Positions 29,601 to 36,554 of a stretch of DNA of 64,000 nt are shown piece after piece. The position numbers and the translations under genes are program-made. Origin of the DNA: an uncultured Clostridia bacterium (GTDB lineage Bacteria > Bacillota > Clostridia > TANB77 > CAG-508); the NCBI GenBank assembly GCA_934133175.1, contig CAKPAX010000002.1, positions 18,022-82,021 of the forward strand. The letters are read 5' to 3'. The notes beneath the pieces are model-generated. The model was not told the DNA's origin. It was given only the letters and a program-made list of their open reading frames with translations, and did no database searches. Numbering within the stretch: position 1 is the first letter of the stretch; every line of letters begins with the position of its first letter.

Positions 29601-31372
29601 AGGCTTTCTTCTACTGTCTCTCTTTTATATATATTATCTGGAAAAATAAAACCTTTTTTACTAATACTATAATTAGATAAATATTTAGCTAATTCTTCAT
29701 TATAAAACGGAAAGAATTCTGCATTCATACTTACATATTCTATAAATTGTTCTTTTACTATTTTTCTAAGTTTTTGATTATTTCTCAATTTCATTGATAA
29801 CTCATTATTTAAGTTTTTGTAATATAACTCGAACAATTCGTCTATTGATAAGTTTGAGATTTTATATCTATTGTTTTGATATACAAACTTTATTTTTGTA
29901 TCTAATGATAATAATTCATCTACTGAATTTTTGTCAGATGCTATTATTACATAATCTTCATTAAATATTGATGTAATCAATTCTACTATTCTATTAACCC
30001 TTCTTAACTCTAGATATCTTGAAGTTCTTCCATTTTTAATTCTTCTATATTCATTAACAAATTCTTTTACATCTGTTAAAACATATAAATGTCTATCCAA
30101 AATTGAATTTTCTTCAACAGTCCATACATTAGTGCCAGGTTTTCCCTGTAATTCATAAGTATTTTCTAAAGCTAAATTATATAAACTCAAATACTCTGGT
30201 TCATCATTATCAATCTTTTTCCAAGCTTTTAATAATTTACAAATTTTATTAGCTAAATCAAACTTTCCACTTCCTCTATCTCCCTCTATAGAAATATGTA
30301 GACCGTTTTCTGTATTTACTTTATCAACTAATTCTTCAATGTTTTCAATTTTATTTCTGTATTCTAAAATTTTATTAATTTCTTGTATTCTGTCTTCTTT
30401 TTTCTTTTTCTCTATATTTTCAAATTGTTCTTCTTGTTTTTTTATACTCTGATTTTCTATTTCTTCTTGGTGCTCATTATAGTATTTTCTATCTTCTTCT
30501 ACCTTGCTCCATTGATTGCTTTTTTTCAAATAATAGAGATAACCTGCAACATCAAATATACAATATGGTCTAGTACAATTCCACCTATTACATTTATATA
30601 ATAACTCTTTCGTATTTCTATTAACATATATCCAATCACTTTCAGATATATATTTATATTTTAATACACTATTAACATCTTCATCATATCTAGTTTCATA
30701 TGCATTACAATTATATGGTAACCATATTTTAATATATTCTTTTTTTTCCTGTTCTACAAATACCATATCATTTTTTAACAATTCTAATGCTATATTAAAA
30801 GTTTTTTCAGGCACATTTTTTAATCCATCTTTAGGATTCCATTCAAAAGTAAAATAATCACTTTTAAAAACATTTCTTCTATATTCTTCTCTGTCTTTTA
30901 AAACATCTATTAGTAATCCTTTATTTTTTAAATATAATATATATCCAGCATAAAATTCAGGACATCTACTAAATTTACATTTAGCACAATTAACATTATT
31001 TTTATTTTCATATGCCTTAGGTGTAGTTGTAAATTTACTTTTTTTTGTTATACATTCACCATTTTCTATTTTGTTTTTTAATATTGTATCATCCACTTCT
31101 TTATCTCTTGTTTTGTAATCACATAAATTGTATATGTTATTTGAAATTTCAATTTTTTCTTTTTCATCTACTATAACTTTTTTTAAAGATATATCACCAT
31201 TAGCAAGAATTGCAATACACAATTTAATAAACTCAATAGAAGTAAATCTTAATCCATTAACTAAATTCCATTCAAAATCATAATCTACAACTTCTAAATT
31301 ATCTAATTTATTTATTTGGTTTATTATTTCCTTAGTTTCTTTTGAAAATTCATCACTTTTAACTTCACTCAT
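26657..31372 (-). CDS. 1571-aa soluble multi-AAA+ ATPase/FtsH-like protease: duplicated Cys-motif N-domain, one degenerate plus three intact SpoVK/CbbX-type AAA+ modules, C-terminal M41 zinc-metallopeptidase domain
   Basis: Three copies of GNPGTGKTTVARI Walker A with DEAY Walker B. An upstream module has the degenerate P-loop GDRGSGKF. The C-terminus has TAIHEIGHA (HExxH) and GNNTDLNNASKMVRNMITKYGMSELG matching the FtsH third-ligand region. No TM segments. Confidence 0.8.
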   Translation of the reverse strand: MSEVKSDEFSKETKEIINQINKLDNLEVVDYDFEWNLVNGLRFTSIEFIKLCIAILANGDISLKKVIVDEKEKIEISNNIYNLCDYKTRDKEVDDTILKNKIENGECITKKSKFTTTPKAYENKNNVNCAKCKFSRCPEFYAGYILYLKNKGLLIDVLKDREEYRRNVFKSDYFTFEWNPKDGLKNVPEKTFNIALELLKNDMVFVEQEKKEYIKIWLPYNCNAYETRYDEDVNSVLKYKYISESDWIYVNRNTKELLYKCNRWNCTRPYCIFDVAGYLYYLKKSNQWSKVEEDRKYYNEHQEEIENQSIKKQEEQFENIEKKKKEDRIQEINKILEYRNKIENIEELVDKVNTENGLHISIEGDRGSGKFDLANKICKLLKAWKKIDNDEPEYLSLYNLALENTYELQGKPGTNVWTVEENSILDRHLYVLTDVKEFVNEYRRIKNGRTSRYLELRRVNRIVELITSIFNEDYVIIASDKNSVDELLSLDTKIKFVYQNNRYKISNLSIDELFELYYKNLNNELSMKLRNNQKLRKIVKEQFIEYVSMNAEFFPFYNEELAKYLSNYSISKKGFIFPDNIYKRETVEESLKNIIGLNSVKDNIKKFEKYALYTLKAQNLGLKTTESNLHMIFTGNPGTGKTTVARIMAKMLYDLGLVYENKLVEVERKDLVAEYIGQTAPKTAEVIEKAMGGVLFIDEAYSLAQGHNSQNDYGSESIATLIKAMEDHKNNFVVIFAGYKDEMKTFLDINPGISSRIGYTFNFEDYSEDELKQMFMLKMNNMGYSMNSKVDKDLSKIFEYYSSKKNFGNGRFVDKLIQEVIMKHALRETKNIKMITIEDIPTIEELNNTNYSKYNAKDMLDNLIGLKEIKEKIIEFEKYIKFFKKAEEQNLVIPRQNLHMIFTGNPGTGKTTVARIIAKVLFDIGIIHENKLIEVERKDLVAGYVGQTAIKTAEVIEKAMGGVLFIDEAYSLAQGHNSQNDYGSESIATLIKAMEDHKNNFVVIFAGYKDEMKTFLDINPGISSRIGYTFNFEDYSEDELKQMFMLKMNNMGYSMNSKVDKDLSKIFEYYSSKKNFGNGRFVDKLIQEVIMKHALRETKNIKMITIEDIPTIEELNNTNYSKYNAKDMLDNLIGLKEIKEKIIEFEKYIKFFKKAEEQNLVIPRQNLHMIFTGNPGTGKTTVARIIAKVLFDIGIIHENKLIEVERKDLVAGYVGQTAIKTAEVIEKAMGGVLFIDEAYSLAQGHNAQYDFGSEAIATLIKAMEDHKGEFVVVFAGYKNEMGEFLKINPGISSRVGYTFNFVDYTDDEYCEIYYKKIHDIGLQIEDDAKENLKRLMKYFCNVENIGNGRFVDKVVQNTLLKLATKKGDIKTITKECIPTIQDMIKNIYTGEYMINPDLIDEESQRRTAIHEIGHAAISYILGKNPGIEKITINAEGRGVLGYVRYNEKIKNLSRQEYLNKICRCLGGMCNEIVYLGEHESGNNTDLNNASKMVRNMITKYGMSELGLYTFPYEENIDKYIYEEANKILSECYEKTIKILTENKGKTEKAVEYLLKNKEINEKQFVEIMNNK
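27583..30003. repeat. Three tandem in-frame 807-bp direct repeat units inside the giant gene. The middle unit is a mosaic: about 115 nt identical to one neighbour, about 690 nt identical to the other.
   Basis: The anchor ccattgctttaattaatgttgcaatag starts at 27583, 28390 and 29197, giving a period of 807 bp. Long stretches are 100% identical when read side by side. Confidence 0.85.
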
Positions 31373-31684
31373 TATTTTTCTCCTTTGATATTTTTATGAC
31401 ATAATAATTATATATAAAATAAAACAAAAAAGAAACCTCTTTCGAGGAAAAGAAATATTTTTCTTTTTAGTATAGGCTATTAACCTACACTGGCAGTCAG
31501 CACAGTAGGATTGACAACGCCATCTCCTTTATACCATACTGTTTGTTGTGTAAAACTCGGAGTTATTCTCACTATTTCCAGACCTGTGATAAGATATCTG
31601 CAGAACACCCATACATAAAGCTTGAATACCATTTGCATCTGCATAGAAAGATGCTATTTCTGAGTGAGATTTTGGTGTCTTTTC

Positions 31685-32017
31685 TTATTCTTTCTGTCTT
31701 GCTTCTTTATATTTCTTTTCCCAACCATCTTCAAACATTTTAAGAATGGTGTCAACTTGAGCATTTTTTGCATTGACAGAAATATAGACGCCGTTGAAAT
31801 CAAATTCAATAGCTTTCAAGCCATTAAGATTCGATTCCTCATCAAAACACCCTGCTACAATAGCAGCGATTTCCTGGATATTTCTTCCAGCCATGGAATT
31901 AATTACCATTACACCGTCATTAAGAGACTTTACTCTTAAAATCTTATTGTCACAAGTCCGAAAACAAAGAGAACCGTCGTGTGAAAAAACTTCCTGAATT
32001 CTAACCATTGTTGCCAT
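31685..32017 (-). CDS. Hypothetical 110-aa protein, compositionally foreign (about 37% GC). The frame reopens for 51 codons after a single TAA (31532-31684).
   Basis: Codon usage differs from the host (gacggt, cgg, ctg). The downstream continuation ...EKTPKSHSEIASFYADANGIQALCMGVLQISYHRSGNSENNSEFYTTNSMV reads like protein. Confidence 0.35.
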   Translation of the reverse strand: MATMVRIQEVFSHDGSLCFRTCDNKILRVKSLNDGVMVINSMAGRNIQEIAAIVAGCFDEESNLNGLKAIEFDFNGVYISVNAKNAQVDTILKMFEDGWEKKYKEARQKE

Positions 32018-32294
32018 AATAAATTCCTCCTTAATTTGTTGTTTTATTCTGTTAATATGGCTTGCTGACTTTCAAAGTCTACTATAAATATATTATATAA
32101 CAATTTTACATAAATTGCAAATATAACATACATTATGTATAAAAGAAAATAATTTCGTTCAATTTTAGTTATTATTTAATTATCTTTCAAACGCCATTCT
32201 TTCTTTTTGAATAGCAATTTTACAACAAAAAATACCATCCTTTTCAGAATGATATTTGTATCGTCTGTTCTATTAATTCGAACAGATCCGTTAT

Positions 32295-32378
32295 TGGTGC
32301 GGATGAGAGGACTCGAACCTCCACGCCGTTGGCACTGGTTCCTAAGACCAGCGCGTCTGCCAGTTCCGCCACATCCGC
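32295..32378 (-). tRNA. tRNA-Leu(UAG)
   Basis: Reverse complement folds as acceptor GCGGATG/CATCCGC, anticodon stem CTGGT/ACCAG with loop CTTAGGA (anticodon TAG), long variable arm, T-loop TTCGAGT, and encoded CCA. Confidence 0.8.
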
Positions 32379-32476
32379 ATAACAATGTGTTATCTTTGTC
32401 ATAACACATTATATATTAGCACAACCTTTATTACATTGTCAACTAATTTTATAAAAATATTATTAAGTTTTTAAAT

Positions 32477-32914
32477 TTAAAATTTATTACTTTTCACATC
32501 TTCTACGAATTTATCTCTAATTTCTGTTGGTAGAAGAGTTATTTTTTCTATATCTCTTCTGTCTATTATTTCTGGAATATATTGTCCTCTGTCTGCATAT
32601 TTAGGATCATTAGAAAATTCTGGTCCATCTCCTGTACCAAATTTTCCACCTATATATTTGCATAAATAAAAATATTCTTTTTTATTTACTTCACCATTTT
32701 CCAAACTATACAATTGTTTTACAACTTCTACATCTATTCCAAATTCTTCTTTTATTTCTCTTTTTGTTCCATCTTCTAATGTTTCATTACCTTCTCTTCC
32801 TCCTCCTGGGAAAGTATAATAATCCCCTATCGGATGATTTTTCACTCCAACTCTATGCATAAACGCAAATCCATTTTCTATTGGTAAAATACCAGCAACT
32901 CTTATTCTTTCCAT
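32477..32914 (-). CDS. NUDIX hydrolase
   Basis: Nudix box GGGREGNETLEDGTKREIKEEFGI. Confidence 0.8.
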   Translation of the reverse strand: MERIRVAGILPIENGFAFMHRVGVKNHPIGDYYTFPGGGREGNETLEDGTKREIKEEFGIDVEVVKQLYSLENGEVNKKEYFYLCKYIGGKFGTGDGPEFSNDPKYADRGQYIPEIIDRRDIEKITLLPTEIRDKFVEDVKSNKF

Positions 32915-33068
32915 TATATTTCCTCCTTTAAAACCGTTGTTATTATATTCTTGTTTTAAAAAAAATACAATAATTTTATAATAATTGTTTCATAATAAAA
33001 ATATAGTGGTATAATTTTAAAGAATTAAAATATTTATAAAATTAAATTTACGAAAGAAGGAATTAATA

Positions 33069-35678
33069 ATGTCTAATGCAAAAAAAGAAGAAGTTGATGT
33101 TGTTAAATTATATGGTAATGAAGCCACATTATCAAAAGAAATTTTTATAAAAAATTATAATGTTAATTTAGATGGTCTTACACAAAATATTGCCGAAGAA
33201 AAAATATCTAAATATGGTTTAAATGAAATTTCACAGGGCAAACCTAAAAAATGGTATAATTATTTTTTACAAAGTTTATTTAGCCCTTTTAATAGTATTT
33301 TAATAGGTATATCCTTTTTATTAATATATACAGATGTAATTTTACCGGAAAATCCGAGCTTTGCAAATATTTTGGTTATTATTCTTTTAGTCACAGTAAG
33401 TACTTTTTTAGAATTTTTTGAAGAATACAGATCAAACAAGGCTGCTGAAAAACTAAAAGAATTAGTTGCGACTACTACAACAGTTATTAGAGATGGCAAA
33501 AAGGTAAATTTACCAATGAAAGAAATAACTATTGGTGATATTGTTGTTCTTTCCGCAGGTGATATGATTCCTGCTGATTTAAGAGTTTTAGAATCTAAAG
33601 ATTTATATGTTAGCCAATCATCTTTAACTGGAGAATCTGATTCTGTAAAAAAACTTTCAAATACAGAAATAACTTTAAACGATATTGATAGTATATCAGA
33701 TTTAGATACAATCTGTTTTATGGGTACTAATGTATTAAGTGGTAGTGCAAAATGTGTTGTAATAAAAACTGCTGACAATACTTATTTTGGAAAAATTGCT
33801 CACACATTATCACTTGGAAAACCAAAAACTGATTTTCAAAAAGGCATCGAAAGTATTAGTAAATTATTAATAAGATTTATGTTAGTTATGATTCCTGTTG
33901 TTTTTTTATTAAACTTTTGGAAACATGATATTGTAACAGCATTTACATTTGCTGTAGCAATTGCAATTGGTATAACCCCTTTACTTCTTCCTGTTATTTT
34001 ATCTTCTAGTTTATCTAAAGGTGCTGTACGTATGTCTAAAAAGAAAACTATTATTAAAAGATTAGATTCTATTCAAGGTTTTGGTGGAATGAATATTTTA
34101 TGTACAGATAAAACAGGAACTTTAACAGAAGATAAAATTGTTTTAGAAAAATATTTAAACATTAATGGTGATGAAGATATTCGTATTTTAAAACATGCAT
34201 TTTTAAATTCATATTTTCAAACCGGCCTAAAAGGAAATATTGATGAAGCAGTAATTCACAGAGCTTTAAATACTGATATGAGTAAATATACAGAAATATA
34301 TAAAAAAATTGATGAAATTCCATTTGATTTTACAAGAAGGCGTCTTTCTGTTGTTGTTTCTGACGGTAATAAAGCTCAAATGATTACCAAAGGTGCCGTT
34401 GAAGAAATTCTAAGTATTTGTACTTTAGTAGATTATAAAGGTGAAGTTTCTAAACTAACAAATACAATAAAAGATAATATAAGAAAAATCAGTAAATCAC
34501 TTAACAAGGAAGGTTTACGTGTAATTGCAGTTTGTCAAAAAAATGATATTAATGATATAAAAGAATTTGGAGTAGAAAATGAAAAAAATATGGTTCTTCT
34601 TGGATTTATTGGATTTCTAGATCCACCAAAAGAATCTGCAAAAGAATCAATAGAAAAATTAAACAAAGCTGGTATTAGGGTTATTGTTTTAACTGGTGAT
34701 AATGCTGATGTAACTAGATGTGTGTGTAATAAAGTTGGTATTGCATCAAAAAGAATTGTTACAGGAAGCGATATTGACAAATTAGCAGATATTGGCGTTA
34801 TTAGACTTTTAAGAAAAACTAATATTTTTGCAAAACTTTCTCCTATTCAAAAAGCAAGAGTTGTAAGACTTTTAAAAGAATCAGGAAATGTTGTTGGATA
34901 TATGGGTGATGGAATAAATGACAGTCCTTCCCTTACAAATTCTGACATTGGTATTTCCGTTGATACAGCTGTTGATATTGCCAAAGAATCAGCTGATATT
35001 ATATTACTTGAAAAAGATTTAAATGTTTTATTAGATGGTATAACAGAAGGAAGAAGAACATTTGCAAATTTGATGAAATATATTAAAATGGCTATTAGTT
35101 TTAACTTTGGTGAAGTTGTTTCTGTAATTATTGCAAGTGTTTTATTACCATTTTTACCTGAAACTCCTATACAATTATTAGTTGAAGGATTGTTATATGA
35201 TTTTGGGCAATTAACTTTACCTTTTGATAATGTTGACAAGGAATATTTACAAAAACCAAGAAGATTAGATGTTAATAGTTTAAAAAAATTTATGTTATTT
35301 ATGGGTCCTTTAAGCTCCGCATTTGATATGATTGTCTTTGCCTCTGTATTATTCTTATTTAAAATTAAAGATGTTGCAACATTTCAAACAATTTGGTTTA
35401 GTTATAGTATAGTATCAAATCTTATGGGAATGCATATAATTAGAACTGCTAAAGCACCATTTATTCAAAGTAATGCTAATAAAGTTGTTTATTTTTCATC
35501 AATTTTACTTAGCATTATAGGAATATTAGTTCCTTATACTCCATTCGGTCATATGATTGGTTTAGTGTCTTTAGCTTTAAAAGATTTATTAATTATACTA
35601 GGAGTTCCTGTAATTTATTGTATTGTGGCATTATTTGCAAAGAAATTCTATATTAAAAAATTTGGAGAATGGATATAA
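33069..35678 (+). CDS. mgtA: Magnesium-importing P-type ATPase (MgtA/MgtB type)
   Basis: DKTGTLT phosphorylation motif, GDGINDSP hinge, TGES actuator motif, 10 TM segments, 869 aa. Confidence 0.85.
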   Translation: MSNAKKEEVDVVKLYGNEATLSKEIFIKNYNVNLDGLTQNIAEEKISKYGLNEISQGKPKKWYNYFLQSLFSPFNSILIGISFLLIYTDVILPENPSFANILVIILLVTVSTFLEFFEEYRSNKAAEKLKELVATTTTVIRDGKKVNLPMKEITIGDIVVLSAGDMIPADLRVLESKDLYVSQSSLTGESDSVKKLSNTEITLNDIDSISDLDTICFMGTNVLSGSAKCVVIKTADNTYFGKIAHTLSLGKPKTDFQKGIESISKLLIRFMLVMIPVVFLLNFWKHDIVTAFTFAVAIAIGITPLLLPVILSSSLSKGAVRMSKKKTIIKRLDSIQGFGGMNILCTDKTGTLTEDKIVLEKYLNINGDEDIRILKHAFLNSYFQTGLKGNIDEAVIHRALNTDMSKYTEIYKKIDEIPFDFTRRRLSVVVSDGNKAQMITKGAVEEILSICTLVDYKGEVSKLTNTIKDNIRKISKSLNKEGLRVIAVCQKNDINDIKEFGVENEKNMVLLGFIGFLDPPKESAKESIEKLNKAGIRVIVLTGDNADVTRCVCNKVGIASKRIVTGSDIDKLADIGVIRLLRKTNIFAKLSPIQKARVVRLLKESGNVVGYMGDGINDSPSLTNSDIGISVDTAVDIAKESADIILLEKDLNVLLDGITEGRRTFANLMKYIKMAISFNFGEVVSVIIASVLLPFLPETPIQLLVEGLLYDFGQLTLPFDNVDKEYLQKPRRLDVNSLKKFMLFMGPLSSAFDMIVFASVLFLFKIKDVATFQTIWFSYSIVSNLMGMHIIRTAKAPFIQSNANKVVYFSSILLSIIGILVPYTPFGHMIGLVSLALKDLLIILGVPVIYCIVALFAKKFYIKKFGEWI

Positions 35679-35686
35679 ATAAAAAT

Positions 35687-35722
35687 AAATCTAATCAGTA
35701 TAACTGATTAGATTTATTTTTT
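35687..35722 (+). terminator. Rho-independent terminator of mgtA
   Basis: AAATCTAATCAGT-ataa-CTGATTAGATTT hairpin followed by ATTTTTTG. Confidence 0.7.
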
Positions 35723-35750
35723 GATATTTTGTATATAAAATATCGCATTT

Positions 35751-35966
35751 TTAAATGAGTAATAGTTTTCTCAGATCAATACTAGATATATTGGTCTCTA
35801 TAATCCTATTATATCCTTTTATTATGCATTCTGTTGCATTTTCGGGATTATCTAATAAAATGGGATAATACAACATTATAATGTCAAATACCATTTGTAT
35901 ATCACCATTTTCTGTTGCCAACTGTTTTAATTTGCCAACTTTTTCCCGTATCAATCTTGCATCCAT
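35751..35966 (-). CDS. Hypothetical 71-aa protein
   Basis: ORF with modest coding look; no family recognised and no clear RBS checked. Confidence 0.25.
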   Translation of the reverse strand: MDARLIREKVGKLKQLATENGDIQMVFDIIMLYYPILLDNPENATECIIKGYNRIIETNISSIDLRKLLLI

Positions 35967-36150
35967 AAGAATCCTCCTTTAAAAAATGTCAGTTACAGGT
36001 AATCCCCTATAACTAATTATGTAAAATTTGCTATATTATAATATCATTTTCTTTCTTTTTTGTCAATCTTACTATATTAGTTGTAAAAAGCATGTAATCA
36101 TGATATAATAATTAAGTAACTTATTTTTATTGCACTTTAGGAGGTAATTT

Positions 36151-36513
36151 ATGCTTGAATTACGGAATTTACAAAATGCTACTAAGATCTATAACTACTA
36201 TTTAGATAGTGATTCTGCTTATATTAGAGAACATTTAGATTATTGCATTAAAGATGTAATAAATCTATCTAATCTTTCTCGAATTTGTATTTTAGAATAT
36301 GCAGATACTTTAGAGTTATACTGCAATCTAATTGCATATTTTTCAGAAATTGATAAGTCTTCTTTGCTTGTAAAATTAATAATTTTATGTGCAAATAAAA
36401 TTATTAATTTCAAATTTAATCGGCTTAATACCAAAATATATCAAGCTGGAATCTGTTATTATAGCTTTTTATCTATTTTAAAACGATTAAAACAGATAAA
36501 AGCTTTATCTTAG
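36151..36513 (+). CDS. Hypothetical 120-aa protein
   Basis: Strong RBS TAGGAGGTAATTTATG; no recognisable domain. Confidence 0.4.
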   Translation: MLELRNLQNATKIYNYYLDSDSAYIREHLDYCIKDVINLSNLSRICILEYADTLELYCNLIAYFSEIDKSSLLVKLIILCANKIINFKFNRLNTKIYQAGICYYSFLSILKRLKQIKALS

Positions 36514-36554
36514 CCCACACATTTTGTAAACAATCTTAAAAAGTCTCGATATTA

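Noticed and set aside
31543-31997. Plus-strand ORFs 31543-31743, 31664-31939 and 31794-31997 overlapping the foreign-GC segment
   Set aside because: They lie antisense to the better-supported minus-strand frame, have no RBS and a low-complexity hydrophobic composition; they are likely artefacts of the elevated GC.
32176-32409. ORF-track entries 32176-32409 (-) and 32207-32404 (+), 77 and 65 aa
   Set aside because: Both overlap the tRNA-Leu gene, have GC-rich Arg/Gly-heavy translations typical of reading through a tRNA, and lack an RBS. They are spurious.
32915-33068. Possible Mg(II) M-box riboswitch upstream of mgtA
   Set aside because: The leader is about 150 nt and almost pure A/T, without the conserved GC-rich M-box helices.
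35751-35966. Calling the 71-aa ORF a Spo0E-family phosphatase
   Set aside because: Size and helical character fit, but the Spo0E signature is not recognisable; it is left as hypothetical.
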